Below, one piece after another: positions 27,172 through 36,994 of a stretch of 64,000 bases of DNA. The stretch is from positions 1-64,000 of the forward strand of contig JAZDCZ010000386.1 of NCBI GenBank assembly GCA_036679605.1, in the 5' to 3' direction. The notes under the pieces were generated by a model, which saw only the letters and a list, made by a program, of their open reading frames with translations, made no database searches and was not told the DNA's origin. Source of the DNA: Gemmatimonadota bacterium. Lineage in GTDB: Bacteria > Gemmatimonadota > Gemmatimonadetes > Gemmatimonadales > GWC2-71-9. Within the stretch, counting starts at the first letter, position 1. Every line of letters begins with the position of its first letter. A program made the position numbers and the translations under genes.

Positions 27172-28331
27172 AACCTGTCGTCGTGCGACGTGCACGGCTC
27201 TTCGAGGTCGCGCTACCGCTGAGAGAGCCGTTCCAGATCAGCGGCGGGACTTTACGCGAGCGGCGGTCGCTGATCGTCGTGCTCGATGACGACGATGGCA
27301 ACGTGGGATACGGTGAGTCGGCTCCATTCGAGTTTCCATTCTACTCTGCTGAGACCACCACCTCAGCACGCGAGTTGCTCACGAAGAGTCTTCTCCCTCG
27401 CGTACTTGCCGAGCCGTTTTCGGGTTCGGGGCAACTATTGGAAGTATTGTCTGAGGGCGTTGTCGGAAACCGCATGGCGATCGCTGGTGCAGAGACCGCG
27501 TGGTGGGATTTGCATGCGGCACGTGAGGGGAAGACGCTGGCCGATCTCGTCACTGCACGATTGACTGAATTGAAAGTGGATGAGCGATGGCTCTCGCGCT
27601 CGCATGCCGTGCAATGTGGTGTTGCGCTCGGCATTCCGGAGGGACACGATGTGAGTGTGCTGCGGAGGTGGGTTCAGGAAGCAATCGCACGTGGCTATCG
27701 CAGAATAAAGCTAAAAGTGAAGCCCGGCTGGGACATAGAGCCCGTCAACGTGACGCGAAGTCTACTGGCACGAGAAGGTAGCGAGATTCCGGTAACCGTC
27801 GATGCGAATGGCGCGTTCAATTTGGACCAACATATGGAGATTCTGCGCGGCTTGGACGGACTCGGGCTTCTCTATATCGAGCAGCCTCTTGCAGCGGACA
27901 TGTTGTGGGACCTGCGCAAGCTGGGCGAGTGCATCGAGACACCCGTCTGTCTTGACGAGACCTTGACGTCCGACGGCGTAGCTCGGCAGGTGCTCGACAT
28001 GGGCGGACCCACCGTTTGGAATATCAAGATCCAGCGTGTTGGCGGTCTGGAGGAGGCCTGCAGGATCTATTCACGCGCGGTCCGTGCGGGGGTGCGCCTT
28101 TGGGGCGGCACCATGCCCGAGACCGGTATTGGTGCCCAGACCATGCTCGCACTCGGTTGCCACGAGGGGTTCGTATTTCCGTCCGATCTGGAGCCGAGCG
28201 AGCGGTGGTACGCGCCGGGAACCGATCTGGCCGAACTGACCATGTCAGCGAATGGGTTGATGAAAGTTCCTACTCACCGAATCGCACCGAAGATCGGAGG
28301 CGCGTGGAAGTTGGTGTGCGATCTGGGATAG
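27168..28331 (+). CDS. Enolase-superfamily OSBS/N-acylamino acid racemase-like protein
   Basis: KLK, DAN, EQP, LDE, NIK and PSD motifs. Confidence 0.88.
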   Translation: MKPVVVRRARLFEVALPLREPFQISGGTLRERRSLIVVLDDDDGNVGYGESAPFEFPFYSAETTTSARELLTKSLLPRVLAEPFSGSGQLLEVLSEGVVGNRMAIAGAETAWWDLHAAREGKTLADLVTARLTELKVDERWLSRSHAVQCGVALGIPEGHDVSVLRRWVQEAIARGYRRIKLKVKPGWDIEPVNVTRSLLAREGSEIPVTVDANGAFNLDQHMEILRGLDGLGLLYIEQPLAADMLWDLRKLGECIETPVCLDETLTSDGVARQVLDMGGPTVWNIKIQRVGGLEEACRIYSRAVRAGVRLWGGTMPETGIGAQTMLALGCHEGFVFPSDLEPSERWYAPGTDLAELTMSANGLMKVPTHRIAPKIGGAWKLVCDLG

Positions 28332-28531
28332 GTGAGTTGCCATTTTCACCTGGATCGACCCGTTGGGGGCGCAATTAGATGACAGGTTGTGCTGCCCAAG
28401 CTATCGACTATCTTCATTTCGGCCGCCAGTGGAACTTTTTATAAAGTGCTTCCTCTGTGGCTGTCTCGTCTCAAAAGCCGCTTTATTTTGACGATGCACG
28501 ACGGAGTCATTGCGTGTCCCGTAATGGTGTA

Positions 28532-29122
28532 ATGCAAATACGTCTGTTGCTTGTAGTGGGCCTAATTGTCCCGCTGGTCGTGCTCGTTTCTGCCATTCTG
28601 GTTCCCAACTCTAAAGCTCAAGCGCCCCAGTTGACTGCGACTGCATTTGAGGCTCCGGCAGAGGTGGACACGGCAAGTTTGAAAGGCCCAAGGCAGCCGG
28701 TGTTTTACCGCCACGATGTTCATGCGGGACAGTATGAGATCGACTGTCAGTACTGCCACGTGAATGCCGAGATCAGCCCCAAACCTGGAATCCCGACCCT
28801 TTACACCTGCATGACCTGCCATTCGATAGCGGGAGGCACTCAGGAGAGCGACAAGGCGGAAATCCAGAAAATTAGACAAGCCTACGCTGCCGGAATTCCG
28901 ATAGAGTGGGTCGAGGTGCACGAGCTTGCTCCGTTCGTCCACTTCCCGCACATGATCCATGTCAATGCTGAGGAGAAGTTCGGATTCGATTGCACGCAGT
29001 GCCATGGCCAAATCGATCGCAGCCAACAGGTTTACCAATTCGCGTCACTCAAGATGGGTTGGTGTCTCGATTGTCACATCAAGAACGAAGTGACGACTGA
29101 CTGCACCGCGTGCCACTACTAG
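28532..29122 (+). CDS. actA: Alternative complex III pentaheme cytochrome c
   Basis: N-terminal TM and five CxxCH motifs (CQYCH, CMTCH, CTQCH, CLDCH, CTACH), with MGWC. Confidence 0.92.
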   Translation: MQIRLLLVVGLIVPLVVLVSAILVPNSKAQAPQLTATAFEAPAEVDTASLKGPRQPVFYRHDVHAGQYEIDCQYCHVNAEISPKPGIPTLYTCMTCHSIAGGTQESDKAEIQKIRQAYAAGIPIEWVEVHELAPFVHFPHMIHVNAEEKFGFDCTQCHGQIDRSQQVYQFASLKMGWCLDCHIKNEVTTDCTACHY

Positions 29123-29134
29123 GGCAGAGGAATC

Positions 29135-32100
29135 ATGGCGAACGGGATTGATAGAAGACGGTTTCTCACAGTACTAGGCGCTACCGGTGGTGGAGCCGCC
29201 ATAATGAGCGGCTGTTCGACCGAGAACGTCGAGAAACTGATCCCGTATCTAGTTCCACCCGAAGACCAGATCCCGGGCTTGGCGACCTACTACGCCACCA
29301 CCTGCCGAGAGTGCTCGTCGGGATGTGGTCTGCACGTGCGAGTGAGAGAAGGTAGGGCAGTCAAGGTCGAGGGCAATCCAAACACGCCGGTCAATCGCGG
29401 TAAGCTGTGTGCCCGCGGACAGGCTTCGTTGCAGGGCCTGTATAATCCCGACCGCGTTCGCGGCCCCATGGCTCGCTCGGCTGGCGGCGGTTTCGAACCG
29501 ATTCCTTGGGACGACGCGATTCAGCGGATCGTCGATCGATTGGGTGGTACGGCGGGTGAGGGAGTTTGGTTTGTAACCGGCAACGAGGCGGGTTCTTTCG
29601 ACGCCCTGGTGGCGGAATGGCTTCAGGCCCTAGGCGCCAACCCGCGCGTCGTTCACGAGCCCTTTGCTTACGAAGCGCTGCGATCCGCCAATAACTCCGT
29701 TTTTGGCATCGATGCGTTCCCACAGTACGATTTCGCGGCCGCGGAGTACGTGCTCTCCTTTGGCGCGGACTTCCTGGAGACCTGGCTCAATCCGCTCGAA
29801 CAGGCCCGAGGTTTTGCCTCATCGCATGGTTATGCGGATGGGAAGATGGGTCGGTATGTGCATGTGGAGCCGCGCATGTCCATGACAGCGATGAACGCCG
29901 ACGAATGGATCGCTCCGGTTCCGGGCACGGAGTCGTTGATCGCACTTGCGATGGCCCATATGATCGTGCGGGACGGACTCACGCAGGCTCCGTCCGATGT
30001 CTCGAGAGTCAAAGCTGTTCTGGATGCGACGACACCGGCGAGCGCGTCTGCGGCGACGGGTGTGCCGGAAGAAACAATCGAACGGTTGGCTCGCGAATTC
30101 GCAGCACAGCCGAGCCTCGCCGTGGCCGGTGGTGTGGGGTCGCAACACGATCAGGCGCATACTACCGCTGCCGCCGTCAATCTTCTGAACTACGTAGCCG
30201 GCAATGTCGGGCGCACGATCACGTTTGGATCCGACCTGAATCCCTCTGACGGTTCGGGCTACGCAGATATTGCGGGGCTCACGACTGCGTTGTCGGGAGG
30301 TCAGGTAGGGGTGCTCTTCGTACACGGAGCCAACCCGGCATACTCCACTCCCGCAGGGCTTGGGTTTGCGCAAGCGATGGAGAATGCCGGTTTCAAGGTC
30401 AGCTTCTCGCGATTCTATGACGAGACTGCGACGGGGGCTGATCTGATTCTGCCAGATCACGATCCGCTGGAGCAATGGAACGACTACGAGCCACGCGCCG
30501 GGGCATATGCGCTACAACAACCGGTGATGCAACCCGTATTCGACACGCGCCAAACGGCCGACGTGCTTCTCGAAGTAGCCGGCCAGCTAGAGGGTAGACC
30601 TGCACGAGCCTTTAGCGCCGGCAACTATAAGGAATATGTACAACAGCGCTGGCGGCAGTTGCAGCGACGTAGTGGCGACCGCCGGCCGTTCGACACGTTC
30701 TGGAACGAGGCGCTACAGCATGGCGGCGTGTGGACGGACGCGAGCACGCGTCGAGTGAGGCTGGCAGCGGGCGCTGCCAACTCGGTTGGCGATATCTGGA
30801 CTGCTGTCGGTGGAGACAAATTTACATTGATCGCGTATCCGTCACCCGTCTTCTATGACGGACGCGGAGCGAACAGGCCGTGGTTGCAGGAGTTGTCAGA
30901 TCCGGTAACCAAGGCGACGTGGAGTTCGTGGGTGGAGATTCACCCGGACACGGCGGCGCGGCTCGACATAAAAGCTGGCGAGGTGCTCGAGGTCACATCC
31001 GACTGGGGCACGATTTCCGCCGCGGCGTATCTGTATCCCGGCATTAGAGAGGACACGATCGCGGTTCCATACGGTCAGGGTCACACGGCCTTTGGTCGCT
31101 ATGCCGAGAACCGCGGTAGCAAGGTCTTGGATCTGCTCTCGTCGGCGCCGACCGATTTCGGTGGCATTGGGCACTACGTGGCGGTAACCATCCGCAATAC
31201 GAAGCGCTACGAGCCACTGCCCGCGACCGAGGGCCGGCGCAGGCAAATGGGACGCGGCATAGCGCAGGCTGCCACCCTGGAGTCGTTGCAGCGTCCTGAG
31301 GAGCAGGCGGAGGAACACGAAGGACACGGCGCTCCGATCCCCGAACATATAGAAGAGGTGTTGGAGGAGTGGCAGCAGGCCCAGTATGACGAGTGGAATC
31401 GCGGTAACTACGCCGGCGACCATCCCAGTTGGGCGATGTCGATAGATCTATCCAAGTGTACGGGTTGCAACGCGTGCGTCACCGCCTGCTACGCGGAAAA
31501 CAACATTCCCACGGTAGGGCCGGAGCAGATCAGGCGCGGCCGCGAAATGACGTGGATGCGGATCGAACGGTACTTCGAGGGCGGAGACGACGGCACCCCG
31601 CTGGAGGCGCGCGTGGTACCTATGATGTGTCAGCATTGCGGTAACGCACCGTGTGAGCCGGTTTGCCCGGTGTTCGCAACATACCACACGGCGGATGGTC
31701 TAAACGCACAGATATATAATCGGTGTGTCGGAACCCGCTACTGCTCTAACAACTGCCCTTACAAGGTGCGGTATTTCAATTGGTTTGATCATCCAGAGAA
31801 GAAGGATCCGGCGTTCTCCTGGCCGGATCCGCTGCACTGGTTGCTCAATCCGGACGTTACGGTGCGGTCCAAGGGAGTGATGGAAAAATGCACGTTCTGC
31901 GTGCAGCGCATCAGAGGTAAGCAGCAGGAAGCCAAGACTAGCGGCACGCAATTGGTTGATGGTGACATTGTGACCGCGTGTCAGCAGACCTGCCCATCTG
32001 AGGCGATTGTCTTTGGGGATATCAACGATCCCAACTCGCGGGTCCGGGCGTTGGCGGACGACGGCCGTGGCTACCACGTGTTAGGAAGTCTCAACACGCG

Positions 32101-32149
32101 GCCTGCGGTGACGTACCTGAAGAAGGTCCGTAACGTGACCGAGGCATAG
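29135..32149 (+). CDS. actB: Alternative complex III ActB (Tat signal, molybdopterin-oxidoreductase-like domain, Fe-S ferredoxin domain)
   Basis: DRRRFL, then CTGCNACVTAC, CQHCGNAPC, CVGTRYCSNNC and CTFC...CQQTCP. Confidence 0.93.
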   Translation: MANGIDRRRFLTVLGATGGGAAIMSGCSTENVEKLIPYLVPPEDQIPGLATYYATTCRECSSGCGLHVRVREGRAVKVEGNPNTPVNRGKLCARGQASLQGLYNPDRVRGPMARSAGGGFEPIPWDDAIQRIVDRLGGTAGEGVWFVTGNEAGSFDALVAEWLQALGANPRVVHEPFAYEALRSANNSVFGIDAFPQYDFAAAEYVLSFGADFLETWLNPLEQARGFASSHGYADGKMGRYVHVEPRMSMTAMNADEWIAPVPGTESLIALAMAHMIVRDGLTQAPSDVSRVKAVLDATTPASASAATGVPEETIERLAREFAAQPSLAVAGGVGSQHDQAHTTAAAVNLLNYVAGNVGRTITFGSDLNPSDGSGYADIAGLTTALSGGQVGVLFVHGANPAYSTPAGLGFAQAMENAGFKVSFSRFYDETATGADLILPDHDPLEQWNDYEPRAGAYALQQPVMQPVFDTRQTADVLLEVAGQLEGRPARAFSAGNYKEYVQQRWRQLQRRSGDRRPFDTFWNEALQHGGVWTDASTRRVRLAAGAANSVGDIWTAVGGDKFTLIAYPSPVFYDGRGANRPWLQELSDPVTKATWSSWVEIHPDTAARLDIKAGEVLEVTSDWGTISAAAYLYPGIREDTIAVPYGQGHTAFGRYAENRGSKVLDLLSSAPTDFGGIGHYVAVTIRNTKRYEPLPATEGRRRQMGRGIAQAATLESLQRPEEQAEEHEGHGAPIPEHIEEVLEEWQQAQYDEWNRGNYAGDHPSWAMSIDLSKCTGCNACVTACYAENNIPTVGPEQIRRGREMTWMRIERYFEGGDDGTPLEARVVPMMCQHCGNAPCEPVCPVFATYHTADGLNAQIYNRCVGTRYCSNNCPYKVRYFNWFDHPEKKDPAFSWPDPLHWLLNPDVTVRSKGVMEKCTFCVQRIRGKQQEAKTSGTQLVDGDIVTACQQTCPSEAIVFGDINDPNSRVRALADDGRGYHVLGSLNTRPAVTYLKKVRNVTEA

Positions 32150-32155
32150 CTCGAC

Positions 32156-33508
32156 ATGACGACAGTAGCACAGCCGGAAGCCCAGGCGGCCCTGCCGACC
32201 TACGACGAGATAACAAGGGACATTGCGGGCACGCTCGGCAAGCCTGCTAAGGGATACTTTATCCTGCTGGGGATTACGCTGGTGATCTTGGCTATAGGCG
32301 CCGGCGCCCTGCTATACCAAGTCCGTTTCGGACTGGGAGTAGCCGGGTATACACCACCTGTGTTGTGGGGCGTGTACATCACGACATTTGTGTTCTGGGT
32401 TGGTATCGCGCACTCCGGCACGTTGATATCCGCAATCCTCTATCTCTTCCGGTCGAAGTGGCGCACGGCGGTCTACCGCACGGCTGAGGCGATGACAGTA
32501 TTTGCGGTGATGACAGCCGGATTGTTCCCATTGATCCACGTCGGTCGAATCTGGTATGCGTATTGGCTCTTCCCGTATCCCAACCAGCGGCAGCTCTGGG
32601 TGAATTTCAAGTCGCCGCTCGTGTGGGATGTTTTTGCGGTATCGACCTACTTTACTGTTAGCACTGTTTTCTTGATCGTAGGTTTGATTCCCGACATCGC
32701 CTCGCTCCGAGACATCGCTACTGGATGGAGAAAGAAACTCTATAGCATCACCTCGCTGAACTGGCGCGGTACCGACCAACAGTGGCGTCACTATACCCGG
32801 GCGTATCTGTACCTCGCCGCGCTCGCAACCCCGCTGGTTCTGTCGGTGCACAGTGTCGTTTCGTGGGACTTTGCGATGGCCATCGTTCCCGGATGGCACG
32901 CCACGATTTTCGCGCCCTACTTCGTGGCGGGAGCGATCTATTCCGGCGTGGCGATGGTGATTACGCTGTTGGTACCGCTGCGAAAGGCGTTTCGACTCGA
33001 GCGGTACATCACGGTCCATCACTTCGAGAACCTCTCAAAATTAATGTTGCTGACGGGCCTAATAGTAGGATACGCCTACGCCATTGAATATTTCATGGCA
33101 TGGTACAGTGCGAATCCGTTTGAGCGGGCATCGTTCTGGAACCGCGCATTTGGCGATTACTGGTGGGCTTCCTGGACGATGCTCATCTGTAACGGCATGC
33201 TGCCTATGTTCTTCTTCTTCAAGAAAGTGAGACGGAGCATCCCAGCGCTGTTCCTACTCTCGTTGTTCGTCAATCTGGGAATGTGGTTCGAGCGGTTTGT
33301 GATCATAGTGGTGTCGCTTTCGTTCGAGTATGAGCCCTATGCAATGGGACACTACACACCCACTTGGGTTGAGTGGGCGATATTGGCAGGCAGCTTCGCA
33401 TGGTTCTTCATGTGGTTCTTATTGTTCGCAAAGAACTTCCCAACGGTCTCGATCACTGAAGTGAAGGAGATTATCCCGCTGCCAAGAAGGAAGGCGGCAC
33501 AATCATGA
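32156..33508 (+). CDS. actC: Alternative complex III ActC (NrfD/PsrC family)
   Basis: FVFWVGIAHSGTLISAIL, SPLVWD, SVHSVVSWDFA and GMWFERF. Confidence 0.95.
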   Translation: MTTVAQPEAQAALPTYDEITRDIAGTLGKPAKGYFILLGITLVILAIGAGALLYQVRFGLGVAGYTPPVLWGVYITTFVFWVGIAHSGTLISAILYLFRSKWRTAVYRTAEAMTVFAVMTAGLFPLIHVGRIWYAYWLFPYPNQRQLWVNFKSPLVWDVFAVSTYFTVSTVFLIVGLIPDIASLRDIATGWRKKLYSITSLNWRGTDQQWRHYTRAYLYLAALATPLVLSVHSVVSWDFAMAIVPGWHATIFAPYFVAGAIYSGVAMVITLLVPLRKAFRLERYITVHHFENLSKLMLLTGLIVGYAYAIEYFMAWYSANPFERASFWNRAFGDYWWASWTMLICNGMLPMFFFFKKVRRSIPALFLLSLFVNLGMWFERFVIIVVSLSFEYEPYAMGHYTPTWVEWAILAGSFAWFFMWFLLFAKNFPTVSITEVKEIIPLPRRKAAQS

Positions 33509-34008
33509 AGAGTCCAAGTGGAATTGTGGCCGTCTATCGTTATGTCGATGCAGCCGCCGATGCCATTCGCGCACTCAAGGAAATGGGGTACCGGGACTTC
33601 ACGGTCTACACTCCGGTCCCGAACGCCGAAATAGCGGAGGCGGTCGGGCACAAGGTAAGTCCAGTTCGACTATGGACACTTATTGGCGGACTGGTCGGTC
33701 TCACCGCCGGGTTTGCCATGGCACTGTGGATGTCATATGACTACCCGATAGTGGTGGGCGGCAAGCCTCTAGGGTCGGTTATTCCCTACGTTGTCATCGG
33801 GTTTGAATTGACGATCTTGATCGGAGCGCTGTCGACGGTCGCCGGGTTGGTGATCCACAGCTTGCTGAGCTACCGGAAAGCGGGCTTCGACGGCCGGTTC
33901 ACGAACGACTGTGTGGGAGTGTTTGTGCCTTGTCCTGTGGAGCGAAGACCAGCGGTAGAAGAGTTGTTGCGGTCGCATGGCGCGGAGGAGGTGCGGGTTG
34001 AAGCGTAG
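33505..34008 (+). CDS. actD: Alternative complex III ActD (DUF3341)
   Basis: VYTPVP, YPIVVGGKP and FELTIL. Confidence 0.92.
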   Translation: MKSPSGIVAVYRYVDAAADAIRALKEMGYRDFTVYTPVPNAEIAEAVGHKVSPVRLWTLIGGLVGLTAGFAMALWMSYDYPIVVGGKPLGSVIPYVVIGFELTILIGALSTVAGLVIHSLLSYRKAGFDGRFTNDCVGVFVPCPVERRPAVEELLRSHGAEEVRVEA

Positions 34009-34540
34009 TCTTGCGGTAGTTGCTTTGATGGTACTCGCCGGAGGTTGCACTCGCGACGCGTGGCAACGATTGCCCGGGCCGGATGACGCTGTCGCTCTGG
34101 TGCCGTGGTTTGCCGTTATGCATCGCGGTATTGCCATTCAACCCTACAAGATGATGCGGCCGCCCGTTGAAGGTACGGTGCCGGTCACCGGTATTGAGCC
34201 GCCGCTCCCAGTGCTTCCGGCCAACTACTCAGCGATCGACAGGTTGGAGAACCCCGCCGAACGTACCGCTGAATCGTTGAATACCGGACGCAAGTACTTC
34301 GAGCGGTTTTGCACGCCCTGCCACGGGCCGACTGGGGCTGGAGACGGGTTGGTCAATGCCAAATTCTTCATCGCCCCCAGCCTTCTGACCGATAGAGCGA
34401 ATGGCCTTTCCGACGGAATGATTTACGCCATCATCCGGCACGGACGCGGGGCGATGAATGCGTATGGCGAAGGGGTCCGGGGAATGAACCGCTGGCACGT
34501 GGTGAACTATGTGCGTCAGTTGCAGGGGGCGTCACAGTGA
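33998..34540 (+). CDS. actE: Alternative complex III ActE monoheme cytochrome c lipoprotein
   Basis: SD GGAGGAGG with TTG at 33998; lipobox AGGC, PVEGTVP, CTPCH and the Met ligand in GAM. Confidence 0.9.
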   Translation: MKRSLAVVALMVLAGGCTRDAWQRLPGPDDAVALVPWFAVMHRGIAIQPYKMMRPPVEGTVPVTGIEPPLPVLPANYSAIDRLENPAERTAESLNTGRKYFERFCTPCHGPTGAGDGLVNAKFFIAPSLLTDRANGLSDGMIYAIIRHGRGAMNAYGEGVRGMNRWHVVNYVRQLQGASQ

Positions 34541-35790
34541 GCGCAACAGTCGATCAAGACATTTTTAGGCGCGGAGCGAACGCTCCCGCGCAAGGATTGT
34601 TGGTCGGTGGCGCCGTATTGGCCGTACTTGGCGCAGGGCTGTTCCTCATGCTCTTGAGTGGTGACGACCCCGCGCGAGCCTGGCGCGTGTTCCATATCAA
34701 TTTCTTGTTCTTCACGGGCCTGTCGCAGGGTGCGATCATCTTTGCCGCAATACAGAAGGTGGTAAAGGCCCACTGGTCGGGGCCCATAGTGCGGTTCGCC
34801 GAGGCGACAGTAGCGTTCTTGCCGGTGTCGCTCATCTGTTTTCTCATCCTTTTCCTGGGGAAGCACCACCTGTTTCCCTGGATCGAGCATCCCACACCGG
34901 CGCGCGGTAATTGGCTGACGGTGCAGTGGGTGTTCTGGCGTGATCTCACTGCGTTGCTCGCCGTTTTTGGTGTAGCGATCGCATTCGTCTATAACGACCT
35001 CAAGCCGGATGTATCTCAACTCAGGGAGCACGTCACAGGGTGGCGACGGGCTCTGTACGACAAGATTGCGGGCGACTTTACTGGCGATCCCGAACAGCTC
35101 CAGAAGATCGAGCAGAGAATCCACTGGCTCGCCCCGCTGTTGATCATTCTATATGCCTACACGTTCTCGATCGTCGCTTTCGACCTCATCATGTCTCTGG
35201 CACCGTATTGGGTAAGCAATTTGTTTGGAGCGTTCTTTTTCATGGGGGCGTTCCTGACTGGGCTTACAACCCTGGCGCTGGCGATGGTATACTGGCGTAA
35301 GCAACTGGGCATGGAGTCTGTCATTGGCATTCATGATTTCCACGATCTCGGCAAGCTCATCTTTGGCTTCTCGATCTTTTGGGCCTATCTGATGTACAGC
35401 CAGCTGTTGGTTATCTGGTATGGGAATCTGCCGGAGGAGACATCGTTTCCGTTCTATCGGCTCTGGGGAGACTGGCAACCGATCGCGATTACCGTGGGCC
35501 TCATGGTTTTCCTGATTCCGTTTTGGGGCCTGATTTGGGTCAAGTCCAAGATTACGCCGTTCACCTTCACGCTGTTTTCATTAGTTAGTCTTGCGGGCGT
35601 GTGGCTCGAACGCTACCTGCTAGTCCAGCCTTCACTGACAGAACATGGGCCGGAATTCGGATTACCCGAGTTTGCGGTAACGGCAGGTTTCTTGGGACTC
35701 TTCCTCCTGGCGTACGGATTCTTTGCCCGTACGTTCCCGATGGTGAGCCCACGGCTTGTCGAACGAGCGACAGTGGTGCACCGACACTAG
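34537..35790 (+). CDS. actF: Alternative complex III ActF membrane subunit
   Basis: HDLGKLIFGF and WAYLMYSQLLVIWYGNLPEET. Confidence 0.93.
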   Translation: MSATVDQDIFRRGANAPAQGLLVGGAVLAVLGAGLFLMLLSGDDPARAWRVFHINFLFFTGLSQGAIIFAAIQKVVKAHWSGPIVRFAEATVAFLPVSLICFLILFLGKHHLFPWIEHPTPARGNWLTVQWVFWRDLTALLAVFGVAIAFVYNDLKPDVSQLREHVTGWRRALYDKIAGDFTGDPEQLQKIEQRIHWLAPLLIILYAYTFSIVAFDLIMSLAPYWVSNLFGAFFFMGAFLTGLTTLALAMVYWRKQLGMESVIGIHDFHDLGKLIFGFSIFWAYLMYSQLLVIWYGNLPEETSFPFYRLWGDWQPIAITVGLMVFLIPFWGLIWVKSKITPFTFTLFSLVSLAGVWLERYLLVQPSLTEHGPEFGLPEFAVTAGFLGLFLLAYGFFARTFPMVSPRLVERATVVHRH

Positions 35791-35818
35791 TTCCGCGGGC
35801 CAGGTGCTATGTTTGCGG

Positions 35819-35868
35819 CCCGCTTCCCGCTTCCCGCTTCCCGTTAATCCCTACTCCCTACTCCCTGC
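35819..35868. repeat. Intergenic heptamer tandem repeats (CCCGCTT)x3.5 and (TCCCTAC)x3
   Basis: Read directly between actF and xdhC. Confidence 0.8.
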
Positions 35869-35896
35869 CGGTAGCAGGTCTTCGTAGCTTTAAGGC

Positions 35897-36904
35897 ATGA
35901 GAGATCGAGCCCTCATTTGGTCTACCGCTCGCGAACTGGCCGAGTGCGATGCAAGAGGCACGCTGGTCACGATTTCCAGCCGACGCGGTTCCTTGCCCAT
36001 GGGGAGCGACGCCAAGATGCTGGTCGCGCTGAACGGCGATCGCCGAGGAACGGTGGGCGGTGGGTGTGTCGAGGGAGATGTGATACGACAGGCCCTCGAG
36101 GTGGCACAACGAACGCAACCCGAGTTTGCGCGACACAAACTGGATGCAGACTCTGCCGGCGATATCGGACTTTCCTGTGGCGGCACGGTCGAGTTCTTCT
36201 TGGAGCCCGTAGTCGCGTCCGACGAGATGGCACAACTCTATGGAGCGGTAGCTGGAGCCATACTGAGTCGGCGTCGCGCTACGGTATACACCGGTGGCGA
36301 CTGGAGTAACGGCCCGTGCAAGGCGGTTCGGTTGGATTCGGGTCTCCGGCGGGTGGGCGACTTGGAGGAAACTCCCGCCTTATCTGACGACGGCACATAC
36401 TTCGACTCGGCAACCAACACCTTGGTGGAGTCGATTCGGCGAGTTCCCCGCGTGGTGATCTTTGGTGCCGGGCACGTCGGTAAGGAAATCGCGAAGGTCG
36501 CCGCAGGCGCAGGATTCCAGGTGACCATCGTCGACGACCGTGCGGAGTTCGCCGATCCGGAACGCATACCATGGGCCGACGAGGTGGTGGCAGAAGATTT
36601 CCGCACCGTCCTGGATCGCATGGTGTTCGATGAGGATGATTTCGTACTGTCCACAACGCGCGGCCACAAGTTCGACGCCTACGTTGTGGAGCGGACTGCG
36701 GGATCTCCGGCACGGTACGTGGGCATGTTGGGCAGCCGGCGCAAGCGTAAGGTCCTCTTGCGTGCGCTCGAGCAGGGCGGAGTGTCACAGCAGTCGCTGG
36801 ACCGAGTCAAAACCCCGATCGGCCTGGACATCGGCGCCGATACGCCGGAGGAGATCGCGGTGTCCGTGGTAGCGGAGCTGATCAAGATTTGGCGGCTGGG
36901 GTAA
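35897..36904 (+). CDS. xdhC: XdhC/CoxI-family molybdenum cofactor chaperone
   Basis: GTVGGGCVE, CGG, IFGAGHVG, YVGMLGS and PIGLDIGADTPEEIAVS. Confidence 0.92.
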   Translation: MRDRALIWSTARELAECDARGTLVTISSRRGSLPMGSDAKMLVALNGDRRGTVGGGCVEGDVIRQALEVAQRTQPEFARHKLDADSAGDIGLSCGGTVEFFLEPVVASDEMAQLYGAVAGAILSRRRATVYTGGDWSNGPCKAVRLDSGLRRVGDLEETPALSDDGTYFDSATNTLVESIRRVPRVVIFGAGHVGKEIAKVAAGAGFQVTIVDDRAEFADPERIPWADEVVAEDFRTVLDRMVFDEDDFVLSTTRGHKFDAYVVERTAGSPARYVGMLGSRRKRKVLLRALEQGGVSQQSLDRVKTPIGLDIGADTPEEIAVSVVAELIKIWRLG

Positions 36905-36994
36905 TTAGGGAGCACTCTTGCCAACCCCGGTACCCGACTGCAGCTTCGTCGAGTTGTCTGTTGGTACTTGCATCTAGTCCTCGCGGGAGGAATC

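Noticed and set aside
27168..28331. menC in menaquinone biosynthesis
   Set aside because: No other men genes are adjacent, and this subfamily includes N-acylamino acid racemases.
28428..28445. Rex-like box upstream of actA
   Set aside because: Only about 9/14 match to the consensus; too weak to report.
35897..36904. XdhC as a Mo-cofactor insertase for ActB
   Set aside because: XdhC serves xanthine-oxidase-family enzymes, and ActB shows no obvious Mo ligand; adjacency is the only link.
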